Of a stretch of DNA of 64,000 nt, positions 38,701 to 47,528 are shown in pieces. Position numbers and translations under genes: made by a program. Location of the stretch: the NCBI GenBank assembly GCA_963835575.1, contig CAWIGG010000004.1, forward strand, positions 960,001-1,024,000, written 5' to 3'. Source of the DNA: an uncultured Spirochaetota bacterium. Lineage in GTDB: Bacteria; Spirochaetota; Brevinematia; Brevinematales; JAOACQ01. The notes below the pieces were generated by a model, which was not told the origin of the DNA, did not search any database, and worked only from the letters and a program-made list of their open reading frames with translations. Every line of letters begins with the position of its first letter. Within the stretch, counting starts at the first letter, position 1.

Positions 38701-38843
38701 GTCATTGCGAGAAATTCGTTTTAAACCATGCCGATGATTATCGAGCGAAGCAATCTGTTTAATAATAAAGATATCTTCATATATAGACAGATTGCTTCGT
38801 ACTTTGCATAGTGGCGAAGTTTAATTCTTGCGACTAGCAATGA
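38701..38843. repeat. RPE/REP-like palindromic element
   Basis: GTCATTGC..CGAAGCAATCTGT..ACAGATTGCTTCG..GCAATGAC. Confidence 0.75.
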
Positions 38844-38952
38844 CAGCTTTTTTATTTAAAATAAGATGAGTAATTAATGTTTACATACTTTTAACTTATT
38901 TATTTGCAAAACGGGCTGTTATTCCTTATAATTTATTTCCCGTATAATAAAT

Positions 38953-40257
38953 ATGGATTTTGGAATGAGTGAAAAATATAGTGTGAAGCCCTATCAGGGA
39001 AGAATAAAAGCCGAGCTTTCACTGCCCGGCTCGAAAAGCATCACAAACCGCGCGCTTCTTCTTTCGGCCCTGGCCGATGGAAAAACAAAGCTTTTCAATT
39101 TCCTTTTTTCCGATGATACGGATTTTATGTTTAAGGCGCTCAGGCAGACAGGAATGTCAATTACCGCTGATGATATCAATAAGACATGCGAAATAGAAGG
39201 CGGAAAACTTCCGGAAGGCAGTTTCAGCCTTTTTGTCGGTAATGCCGGCACGGCGATGCGTTTTCTGTCGTCTTACTATACTCTCGGGAAAGGGGAGTTT
39301 CTTCTTGACGGCGATGAGAGAATGCGCCAGCGGCCCATACAGGACCTGTTAAACGCTCTTTCACAGCTGGGCTGTAATATTCAATCGGTAAAAGACAGCG
39401 GCTGTCCGCCGGTCCGAATTATTTCTGATGGTATGCCGGGCGGGGAGTGCATGGTCGTCGGAAAAAACTCCAGCCAGTATATTTCTTCCATATTAATGTC
39501 GGCGCCTTACAGCAGGAACGGCGTCAGGATCAAACCATCCGGGGAAGTTGCTTCCCGGCCCTATCTGGATATGACAATAAAAATGATGGAACAGTTCGGT
39601 TTGAAGATCTCCCGGAATTCGTATAAGGAATTCAGCGTGCCGGCCGGAGCTTACAAGAGCCCGGGAGAATATTATATTGAACCGGACGCCTCCAGCGCGT
39701 CTTATTTTTTAGCGGCGGCCGCTATTTTAGGGGGTGAGATAACTATCAAAGGGCTTGGGAGAAATTCCCTGCAGGGTGACGCTCTTTTTGTAAAATACCT
39801 TGAGCAGATGGGCTGTTCGGTTGAATTGAATGATGATTTGATCAAACTCATATCGGATGGGAAATTAAAGGGAATTGATGCGGACATGAACTCTCTTCCC
39901 GACATGGCGCCGACGCTGGCCGTGACAGCGCTTTTTGCGGAAGGGCCGACCCGCATCAGAAATGTGGCCAATTTAAGGATCAAAGAAAGCGACCGGATCA
40001 GCGCGCTCGCTGCGGAATTGAAAAAACTCGGGGCGGAAGTCAAAGAATCCGCCGCCGGCCTTGATATATTTCCGAAAAATAATTATAATCATGCTCTTAT
40101 TGAAACCTATAATGATCACAGGATAGCAATGGCTTTTTCCATTGCCGGGCTTAAAATTGAAGGTGTGGAAATTTCCAATCCTTCATGCGTGTCGAAAACA
40201 TTTCCCGATTTTTATGAATATTTCGGAAGTGTATTTAATAATCAGCATAATTTTTGA
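38953..40257 (+). CDS. aroA: 3-phosphoshikimate 1-carboxyvinyltransferase (EPSP synthase)
   Basis: PGSKSITNRALL, GNAGTAMRFL, SSQYISS, RIKESDRI, DHRIAMAF. Confidence 0.96.
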   Translation: MDFGMSEKYSVKPYQGRIKAELSLPGSKSITNRALLLSALADGKTKLFNFLFSDDTDFMFKALRQTGMSITADDINKTCEIEGGKLPEGSFSLFVGNAGTAMRFLSSYYTLGKGEFLLDGDERMRQRPIQDLLNALSQLGCNIQSVKDSGCPPVRIISDGMPGGECMVVGKNSSQYISSILMSAPYSRNGVRIKPSGEVASRPYLDMTIKMMEQFGLKISRNSYKEFSVPAGAYKSPGEYYIEPDASSASYFLAAAAILGGEITIKGLGRNSLQGDALFVKYLEQMGCSVELNDDLIKLISDGKLKGIDADMNSLPDMAPTLAVTALFAEGPTRIRNVANLRIKESDRISALAAELKKLGAEVKESAAGLDIFPKNNYNHALIETYNDHRIAMAFSIAGLKIEGVEISNPSCVSKTFPDFYEYFGSVFNNQHNF

Positions 40258-40283
40258 CATTTTTTTAAAAACAAGTGTATAAT
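40254..40283 (+). promoter_or_regulatory. Sigma70 promoter for the tRNA-Thr/rpmG/secE cluster
   Basis: TTGACA-18 bp-TATAAT just upstream of the tRNA. Confidence 0.65.
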
Positions 40284-40297
40284 AAAAAATGCTACGA

Positions 40298-40370
40298 GCC
40301 CATATAGCTCAGCTGGTAGAGCACCTCCATGGTAAGGAGGGGGTCGGCGGTTCAATCCCGCCTGTGGGCT
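40298..40370 (+). tRNA. tRNA-Thr (GGT)
   Basis: Cloverleaf: GCCCATA/TGTGGGC acceptor, CCTCC-ATGGTAA-GGAGG anticodon arm, TTCAATC T-loop; CCA not encoded. Confidence 0.93.
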
Positions 40371-40488
40371 AATGTGTGTAACAGGCTGCCGGTTGAAAAT
40401 TGGGCTTGAAGGGATCGCTTAAAACCAGCGGCTTGTTGAAGATATATATAAATTTTTATATTAATGCAAATAGAGATGGAGTGTTTTT

Positions 40489-40641
40489 ATGCAGATTGTT
40501 ACGTTGGAATGCGAAACCTGCGGAGAAAGAAATTACACAACGAATAAAACGAAAGAAATGGTCCAGCAAAGGGTAAAATTGAATATTAAAAAGTACTGCC
40601 CGCGCTGCAGAAAGCATACGGTTCATAAAGAAGTAAAATAA
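40489..40641 (+). CDS. rpmG: 50S ribosomal protein L33 (zinc-binding form; not in the ORF track)
   Basis: [20 protein letters not shown]...[17 protein letters not shown]. Confidence 0.93.
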   Translation: MQIVTLECETCGERNYTTNKTKEMVQQRVKLNIKKYCPRCRKHTVHKEVK

Positions 40642-40642
40642 A

Positions 40643-40760
40643 GCGGAAAGCTAAAAGCTAAAAGCTAAAAGCGGGCAGGGAGAAATTTCCTGAAAGCAAG
40701 CGATAGTTTTTTATTATGTATTCCCGGCTTTTTGCTTTCTGACTTTCAGCTTTGAGCTAA
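40643..40760. repeat. G-module heptamer inverted repeat between rpmG and tRNA-Trp
   Basis: (AAAGCTA)n followed by GGCTTTTTGCTTTCTGACTTTCAGCTTTGAGCT. Confidence 0.7.
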
Positions 40761-40766
40761 TAATAT

Positions 40767-40839
40767 AGGCCTGTAGCTCAATTGGCAGAGTAGCGGTCTC
40801 CAAAACCGTTGGTTGGGGGTTCGATTCCCTCCAGGCCTG
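40767..40839 (+). tRNA. tRNA-Trp (CCA)
   Basis: AGGCCTG/CAGGCCT acceptor, GCGGT-CTCCAAA-ACCGT anticodon arm, TTCGATT T-loop; canonical position before secE. Confidence 0.95.
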
Positions 40840-40856
40840 ATTACTAGGAGTTTAAT

Positions 40857-41099
40857 ATGGCGACTTTGATATATTGGATTATAATTGGAGCCGGGGTTCT
40901 CATTGTCGGAATTGTACTGATTGTACAAAGGGCTTTTGTCAAGGAAAGCCTGGATGAGTTGAAAAAAGTTACCTGGCCTTCCAGGGAGCTGGCGCTGACT
41001 TCCGCTACTGTAACGATTATTTTCGTTGTTGTGTTTTCGCTTATGCTGGCTGTACTGGATTATGTCGCTAATTTAGTTGTAAAAGGCATGGTTAGATAG
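40857..41099 (+). CDS. secE: Preprotein translocase subunit SecE
   Basis: ELKKVTWPSR motif; gene context. Confidence 0.93.
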   Translation: MATLIYWIIIGAGVLIVGIVLIVQRAFVKESLDELKKVTWPSRELALTSATVTIIFVVVFSLMLAVLDYVANLVVKGMVR

Positions 41100-41100
41100 A

Positions 41101-41664
41101 ATGGCAAGAGGATGGTTTGTAATTCAGGTCTATACCGGATATGAAAAGAGGACAACGAATGATCTGCTTGCGAAAAAAACCAATGGGTCTCTCAAGGATA
41201 TTTTGCTGGATGTGAAAATCCCCGAAGAAGAATATGTAGTTGAAAAGAAAAATAAAAAAGTCGTTAAGAAAAGAAATCTTTATCCTGGTTATATATTAGC
41301 CGAGCTGGACCTTCCCGACGATGATGCAGTCTGGAAGAAGGTTTATTCCGAGATCCGCTCTATTACGGGAGTGGGTATGTTTTTAACGGCCGGGGGCGGG
41401 AACAAAAGGCCTTCCCCGCTGGCTTATGATGATGTAAAGTCCATCTTTGAAAAAACAGGCGAGATTAAACCGCATCTGGCAAAACTGGAATCGGGATTTT
41501 CTATCGGCGATAAGGTCAAGATCAATGAAGGTCCTTTCAAGGATTTTGAGGGCGAGGTCCAGGAAATCCATAATGAGAAGAACAGCCTCACTTTAAGGGT
41601 TGAGATTTTCGGACGGCTGACGCCGGTAGAGCTGGATTTCAATCAGATCCAGCGGATTTCATAG
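41101..41664 (+). CDS. nusG: Transcription factor NusG
   Basis: [19 protein letters not shown] domain [18 protein letters not shown]. Confidence 0.96.
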   Translation: MARGWFVIQVYTGYEKRTTNDLLAKKTNGSLKDILLDVKIPEEEYVVEKKNKKVVKKRNLYPGYILAELDLPDDDAVWKKVYSEIRSITGVGMFLTAGGGNKRPSPLAYDDVKSIFEKTGEIKPHLAKLESGFSIGDKVKINEGPFKDFEGEVQEIHNEKNSLTLRVEIFGRLTPVELDFNQIQRIS

Positions 41665-41686
41665 AGGTGAAAGAAGGAGAATTCAA

Positions 41687-42121
41687 ATGGCACCGAAAAC
41701 AAAAAAGTTAAAAGCGATTGTAAAATTACAGATTCCCGCAGGGCTTGCCAATCCGGCTCCGCCTGTCGGGACGGCCCTCGGACCTCATGGCATTCCTTTA
41801 ATGGATTTCTGCAAGCAGTTTAATGACGCGACAAAAGATAAAGCGGGTTTTATTATTCCCGTTGTTTTAAGCGTTTTTGAGGACAGGACGTTTACTTTTA
41901 TAACCAAGACGCCGCCTGCTTCCAATCTCATTAAAAAAGAGCTGGGCCTTGAAAAGGGTTCTTCCGAATCCAATAAGCAGAAGGTCGGGAAGATCACGAT
42001 GGAACAGTTGAAAAAGATCGCGCAGATCAAGATGCAGGATTTGAACGCGAAGGACATAGACGCGGCGGCCAGGATTATCGGCGGGACCGCCAGAAATATG
42101 GGTATAGAGCTGGAGGGGTAA
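41687..42121 (+). CDS. rplK: 50S ribosomal protein L11
   Basis: [25 protein letters not shown]. Confidence 0.97.
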   Translation: MAPKTKKLKAIVKLQIPAGLANPAPPVGTALGPHGIPLMDFCKQFNDATKDKAGFIIPVVLSVFEDRTFTFITKTPPASNLIKKELGLEKGSSESNKQKVGKITMEQLKKIAQIKMQDLNAKDIDAAARIIGGTARNMGIELEG

Positions 42122-42835
42122 ATGAAAAGTTTAGTCAAAAACGGCGTTATTTTTAAAGGCGGGAAAAGATACCTGTCTTTGATAGAAAAAAACGACCTCT
42201 TCAAGGCTTACGCGTTTGATGAGGCCTGCAAGATGGTCAAGACATTGGCCACAGCCAAGTTTGATGAATCGATAGACCTGAGCTATAAGCTCAATATCAA
42301 GCAGAAGCACACGATCCGCGATGTGGTTGTACTTCCGCATTCCATCGGGAAAAAGATACGGGTGCTTGTTTTCGCCGCGGGAGATAAGGCGGCGGAAGCC
42401 CAGCAGGCCGGCGCGGACTTTATCGGCGGGGAAGACCTTGTCGAAAAGATATCCCAGGGCTGGCTTGAATTTGACGCTGTGCTGGCGACGCCGGATATGA
42501 TGAAGATCCTGAGTAAAGTAGCCCCGATATTGGGCCGGCGTAAAATGATGCCGAACCCGAAAACCGGAACTGTTACAATGGATATAACCCGTGTCGTGAA
42601 AGAATCAAAAGCCGGAAAGGTCGAGATCCGGGCCGATAAAACCGGGAATGTTCATGTCGTAGTCGGCAAGAAATCTTTGTCCGATCAGGACCTCTTTGAA
42701 AACGCGTTTGCCATTCATAAAGTCCTGATAAAGAATAAGCCTGCGGATTTGAAAGGGGATTATATAAAAACCATGGCCCTGTCCTCAACGATGAGCCCCG
42801 CCGTTCAGGTGGATTTCAAAAAAATTGCCGTATAG
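42122..42835 (+). CDS. rplA: 50S ribosomal protein L1
   Basis: AKFDESID, MPNPKTGTVT, SSTMSP. Confidence 0.96.
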   Translation: MKSLVKNGVIFKGGKRYLSLIEKNDLFKAYAFDEACKMVKTLATAKFDESIDLSYKLNIKQKHTIRDVVVLPHSIGKKIRVLVFAAGDKAAEAQQAGADFIGGEDLVEKISQGWLEFDAVLATPDMMKILSKVAPILGRRKMMPNPKTGTVTMDITRVVKESKAGKVEIRADKTGNVHVVVGKKSLSDQDLFENAFAIHKVLIKNKPADLKGDYIKTMALSSTMSPAVQVDFKKIAV

Positions 42836-42872
42836 AATCCCGGTTTAAAATTGAGTTATAAGGAAGGTTTGT

Positions 42873-43391
42873 ATGCCGAATCCAGAAAAAATAAAGTATG
42901 TGGAAGCGATAAAAGAGGACCTGAAAGGGATTGACGGCCTGGTGCTGGCCGATTTTAAAGGCCTGACTGTTCTGGAGCAGGATGATCTGAGAAAAAAAGT
43001 TGATAAGGAAGGCGGTTCGGCCAGGGTTATCAAAAACACGCTCTTAAAAAAGGCCTTTGATGATTCAAAGATCGAAGGCTTGAACGATTTCTTGATCAAC
43101 AACACCATCGTTTTTTCTTCAAAGACCGATATTATGCGGCTTCTTAAAATCGTCTCGGATTTTTCCAGACAGCATGACAAGTTTACGCTTAAGGGCGGTT
43201 ATCTTGACGGCAGGGCATATGATAAGGCCGGTGTTATCGTGATGGCCCAGATGCCTTCAAGGAAGGAATTGCTCGGTCAGATTGCCGGCAATATGTACGC
43301 GATGGTCGGGAATGTTGTCGGGGTACTGGACGCTATTGTGACCAAATTTGTTGGTACAGTTGAAGCGCTTGAAAAAAAGAAAGAAAACTAA
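42873..43391 (+). CDS. rplJ: 50S ribosomal protein L10
   Basis: DFKGLTV, VIKNTLLKKA, MPSRKELL. Confidence 0.95.
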   Translation: MPNPEKIKYVEAIKEDLKGIDGLVLADFKGLTVLEQDDLRKKVDKEGGSARVIKNTLLKKAFDDSKIEGLNDFLINNTIVFSSKTDIMRLLKIVSDFSRQHDKFTLKGGYLDGRAYDKAGVIVMAQMPSRKELLGQIAGNMYAMVGNVVGVLDAIVTKFVGTVEALEKKKEN

Positions 43392-43420
43392 GCTTATAAA
43401 ATAATAGAAGGAGTACAAAT

Positions 43421-43807
43421 ATGGCTGAAAATAAGATTCAGGAAGTCATCGATTTAATTTCTAATATGACTGTATTAGAATTGAACGAACTCAGAAAGGC
43501 GATGGAAGAAAAGTTTGATGTAAAAGCGGCTGCTCCGATGGCCTTCGCGGCTCCTGCGGCCGGCGCCGGCGCTGCTCCTGCTGCGGAAGAAGCTTCTACG
43601 GTTTCTGTTTTCATTAAAGATGCAGGCGCCAAGAAGATTGAAGTAATTAAAGTTGTCAGAAATATTACAGGACTTGCTTTGAAAGAAGCGAAGGAACTGG
43701 CTGAAGGCGGCGGAAAGTCGGCTGTTAAGGAAAACATTTCCAAAGCGGACGGCGATAAGCTCAAAAAAGAGCTTGAAGAAGCCGGAGCTGTCGTTGAGGT
43801 TAAGTAA
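43421..43807 (+). CDS. rplL: 50S ribosomal protein L7/L12
   Basis: Ala-rich hinge, [33 protein letters not shown]. Confidence 0.97.
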   Translation: MAENKIQEVIDLISNMTVLELNELRKAMEEKFDVKAAAPMAFAAPAAGAGAAPAAEEASTVSVFIKDAGAKKIEVIKVVRNITGLALKEAKELAEGGGKSAVKENISKADGDKLKKELEEAGAVVEVK

Positions 43808-43866
43808 GCATTTCTTACCCATACTGTTTCATCTCTTATTTAATGTAGTCAAATGTTGAGTTGTAT

Positions 43867-43894
43867 CTTCCCCTTCTTATTAAGGAAGGGGAAG
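43867..43894 (+). terminator. Hairpin between rplL and rpoB (terminator/attenuator-like)
   Basis: CTTCCCCTTC-TTATTAAG-GAAGGGGAAG followed by a T-rich tail. Confidence 0.6.
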
Positions 43895-43931
43895 TTGTGT
43901 TTATTTTATAAATAAGGCAGGGGAGTAATAT

Positions 43932-46900
43932 ATGGTAGTGAGTCAAGAAAGGATTACATTCGCGAAGAATAAAGACAGAGCGCCTCTTCCCGATCTGCTT
44001 GATATTCAATTAAGGTCCTTCAAAGATTTTCTCCAGATTGATAAAAAACCCACCCAGAGGGAAAGCAAAGGCCTGGAGCATGTTTTCAGGAGCTTTTTTC
44101 CCATCGAAGGCGCTAACGGCGAGATCATTATTGAATATGTCAGTTATGAAGTGGGCGCGTGCAAATATACGGAAGACGAGTGCTTCGATAAAAATCTGAC
44201 TTACAGCGTTCCCGTCAAGGCGATATTCCGTTTGATCGACAGGAAAACAGGCGAAATAAAGGAAAAAGATATATACATAGGCGATTTTCCCCTGATGACG
44301 AAGAGGGGGACATTTATTTTTAACGGCGCCGAACGGGTTGTCGTGAACCAGATCTATAAATCGCCCGGCGTTCTTTTCAGCTATAAAAACAAGGAATTTT
44401 CCTCAAAAATCGTGCCTGAGAAAGGTTCCTGGCTCGAATTTATTATAGACACGAAAAAGGACCTGATGTATGTCCGTATCGACTCGAGAAGAAAAGTCCT
44501 GGTTACCATGTTCCTCAGGGCCCTAGAGCTGAGCACGGCCGATATCATCAACGCATTTTTCAAAATCAGGAAGATTGACCTTTCCAGGATCGAGAAGGAT
44601 GAGGCCATCACGCGTCTGGTCGGCAAGTATGTGGCCGAGGACGTTCTGGACGAAGAGAATAATATTATGATAGGAGCTGTCGAAAAACTCTTCCCGAACA
44701 GCATCAACCAGCTCTATCAGAAAGGGAAGACGATCATTAAAATTATCGATCCCAAATCGGTCATAGAAAACAGGCCGCTCATCAATACCCTCGAAAAGGA
44801 TGACACCAAGGACGCTGTTAATAAGGCCATCAAAAAGATTTACAGCATTCTTCATCCCGGCGAAGCGGCGCCTCTTGAAAGCATCGTGAAGGAACTCCAT
44901 AATATGTTCTTCAGCCCCAAGATGTACGACCTGGGCGAAGTCGGCCGGTACAAACTGGTACTCAAGCTCTATCCCGAAATAACGCAGGACGAGAAGAACG
45001 CCCTGATCGAGCAGAGGACGCTGTCCTTTGAGGATATCAACAGGACGCTGTCGCATCTTGTCAAGGTTTATAATAAACAAACAAACCTGGACGATGTCGA
45101 TCATCTGGGCAATAGAAGGGTCCGGAACGTGAATGAGCTTCTTGTGAACCAATTGATCTCCGCTTTTACGAAAGTGGAAAAATCGATCCATGAAAAGCTT
45201 TCTTCAAGGGAAATAGAAGACCTGACGCCCCAGAGCATCATCGCGATCAAGCCCATTGTCTCGGCTTTGAATGATTTCTTCGGGATGAGCCAGCTTTCCC
45301 AGTTTATGGACCAGACGAACCCGATTTCCGAATTGACGCATAAAAGAAGGCTCTCTGCCCTCGGCCCCGGCGGCCTCTCAAGGGACAGGGCCGGATTTGA
45401 AGTCCGCGACGTTCATAATACGCATTACGGCAGGGTCTGCCCCATTGAAACGCCGGAAGGCCCGAACATCGGCCTGATTGTTTCTCTGGCGACATATGCT
45501 AATGTTAACAACTATGGATTTCTCGAAACCCCCTATGTGGTCATTAAGAACAGAAAAGTAACGGATGAGATCCGCTATCTATCGGCCACTGAAGAAGAAA
45601 ATTATTATATAGCCCAGGCCAACGCGAAGCTCAACGCCAAAGGCGAAATCGTGGAAGATTTTGTCCAGTCACGATATAAAGTGGAATTCGAGCTGGCCCC
45701 GAGCGATAAGATCCAGCTGATGGACGTTGCGCCGAAACAGATCCTTTCCGTATCGGCTTCCATTATTCCCTTTATCGAGCACGACGACGCCAACCGCGCC
45801 CTGATGGGCTCGAACATGCAGAGACAGGCTGTTCCTCTTCTTGCATCCGACGCGCCCATCGTGGGAACAGGTATGGAATATTATGTGGCGAGGGATTCAC
45901 GCGCTGTTGTTCTCTCCGAAGTGGACGGCAAAGTCTTAAAAGTGGATTCGCAGGCCATCACGGTCCATGAAAACCGTAAGGGCGACGTGACATATAATCT
46001 TGTCAAGTTCAGAAGGACCAATCAGGATACAAGCTTCAATCAGAAGCCGATCGTCGATGAGGGCGATATTGTCAAAAAAGGGACTGTCCTCGCGGACGGT
46101 TTCGCGAGCGCGGGCGGAGAACTGGCGCTGGGTAAAAATATCCTCGTCGCGTTCATGCCCTGGAACGGCTATAATTATGAAGATGCGGTGCTCATCAGCG
46201 AAAAACTTCTTAAAGATGATGATTTTACTTCCATATACACGACGGTTTTTGAATGTAAAGCCCTGGAAACCAAGCTGGGCAGCGAAGAGATAACCAATGA
46301 GATCCCCAATGTAGGCGAGGACGCCGTCAGGAACCTGGATGAAAACGGGATCATCCGCGTCGGGGCATATGTCAAACCCGGCGATATACTGGTCGGCAAA
46401 GTAACTCCGAAAGGCGAGCCGACGGAAACCCCTGAGTTCAGGCTTCTCCATGCCATCTTCGGCGAAAAGGCCAAGGACGTCAGGGACACATCGCTGCGCG
46501 TGCCGCATGGCGAAGGTGGCGTTGTCGTGGATGTCAAAGTGTTCAGCGCAGACAAGGGCGACGAGCTGGCGCCCGGAGTGCTCAAGCTTGTCAAAGTCTA
46601 TATGGCAAAGAAAAGAAAAATAAAACCCGGCGATAAAATCGCGGGACGCCATGGAAATAAAGGTGTCATTTCCCGCGTTCTGGCGGAAGAGGATATGCCT
46701 TATCTGCCTGACGGGACGCCGGTTGATATCGTATTGAACCCTCTCGGCGTGCCGAGTAGAATGAATATCGGCCAGCTTTTTGACAGCCTTCTGGGACTGG
46801 CGGGCTGGAAACTGGGCGTGCAGTATGAATGCCCCGTTTTCGAAGGCGCGACACTGGAAGAAATTGAAAAGCAGCTCGAACTGGCCAATGATAAAACGAA

Positions 46901-47462
46901 AAAGGAAATCATAAAGGAAAGGAAGAATTACGGCGAATCGGACAGGGAAATACACCGCTATTATGAAAGGATCAAGCTTCAGAAAGACGGCAAATTCCTG
47001 GTCAGGGACGGCAAAACGGGCGACTTATTTGAAAAGCCCGTGTTTGTCGGCGTGATGTACATTATGAAGCTGCACCATATGGTGGATGATAAGATACACG
47101 CGCGCTCCGTCGGCCCGTACTCGCTTGTGACCCAGCAGCCGCTGAGAGGAAAGGCGAACTTCGGAGGGCAGAGGCTCGGCGAAATGGAAGTCTGGGCGCT
47201 GGAAGCTTACGGCGCGGCGAACCTTTTACAAGAGATGCTGACAATAAAATCGGATGATACGGACGGAAGGGTGAGGATTTACGAAGGCGTCATCAAGGGC
47301 AAGTACACGGCTTCGCCCGGTATTCCGGAATCGTTCAATGTGCTGGTCCAGGAACTCCGCGGTCTGGCGCTGGACATCCAGGTTTATGACAAGAACGGAA
47401 AAAGGGTCCCTCTGAACGATAAGGAAAAAGAATTGATCGATATGAAGGTGCATTTAATATAA
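43932..47462 (+). CDS. rpoB: RNA polymerase beta subunit
   Basis: ETPEGPNIGL, GSNMQRQ, GDKIAGRHGNKG, GQRLGEMEVWALE. Confidence 0.99.
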   Translation: MVVSQERITFAKNKDRAPLPDLLDIQLRSFKDFLQIDKKPTQRESKGLEHVFRSFFPIEGANGEIIIEYVSYEVGACKYTEDECFDKNLTYSVPVKAIFRLIDRKTGEIKEKDIYIGDFPLMTKRGTFIFNGAERVVVNQIYKSPGVLFSYKNKEFSSKIVPEKGSWLEFIIDTKKDLMYVRIDSRRKVLVTMFLRALELSTADIINAFFKIRKIDLSRIEKDEAITRLVGKYVAEDVLDEENNIMIGAVEKLFPNSINQLYQKGKTIIKIIDPKSVIENRPLINTLEKDDTKDAVNKAIKKIYSILHPGEAAPLESIVKELHNMFFSPKMYDLGEVGRYKLVLKLYPEITQDEKNALIEQRTLSFEDINRTLSHLVKVYNKQTNLDDVDHLGNRRVRNVNELLVNQLISAFTKVEKSIHEKLSSREIEDLTPQSIIAIKPIVSALNDFFGMSQLSQFMDQTNPISELTHKRRLSALGPGGLSRDRAGFEVRDVHNTHYGRVCPIETPEGPNIGLIVSLATYANVNNYGFLETPYVVIKNRKVTDEIRYLSATEEENYYIAQANAKLNAKGEIVEDFVQSRYKVEFELAPSDKIQLMDVAPKQILSVSASIIPFIEHDDANRALMGSNMQRQAVPLLASDAPIVGTGMEYYVARDSRAVVLSEVDGKVLKVDSQAITVHENRKGDVTYNLVKFRRTNQDTSFNQKPIVDEGDIVKKGTVLADGFASAGGELALGKNILVAFMPWNGYNYEDAVLISEKLLKDDDFTSIYTTVFECKALETKLGSEEITNEIPNVGEDAVRNLDENGIIRVGAYVKPGDILVGKVTPKGEPTETPEFRLLHAIFGEKAKDVRDTSLRVPHGEGGVVVDVKVFSADKGDELAPGVLKLVKVYMAKKRKIKPGDKIAGRHGNKGVISRVLAEEDMPYLPDGTPVDIVLNPLGVPSRMNIGQLFDSLLGLAGWKLGVQYECPVFEGATLEEIEKQLELANDKTKKEIIKERKNYGESDREIHRYYERIKLQKDGKFLVRDGKTGDLFEKPVFVGVMYIMKLHHMVDDKIHARSVGPYSLVTQQPLRGKANFGGQRLGEMEVWALEAYGAANLLQEMLTIKSDDTDGRVRIYEGVIKGKYTASPGIPESFNVLVQELRGLALDIQVYDKNGKRVPLNDKEKELIDMKVHLI

Positions 47463-47466
47463 TACA

Positions 47467-47500
47467 CCGGTAGAGACGTTGCATGCAACGTCTCTACCGG
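47467..47500. repeat. GTAG-type REP, perfect 34-bp palindrome
   Basis: CCGGTAGAGACGTTGCATGCAACGTCTCTACCGG. Confidence 0.85.
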
Positions 47501-47528
47501 GACAACATTAAAATAAAAGGAGATAAAC

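Noticed and set aside
40370..40489. Missing tuf between tRNA-Thr and rpmG
   Set aside because: Normal in lineages where tuf lies in the str operon; no remnant seen.
40298..40839. tRNA-targeted prophage or integrative element
   Set aside because: No integrase, phage genes or duplicated tRNA 3' ends were seen in the window.
40746..40928. 60-aa minus-strand ORF
   Set aside because: Antisense to tRNA-Trp and secE.
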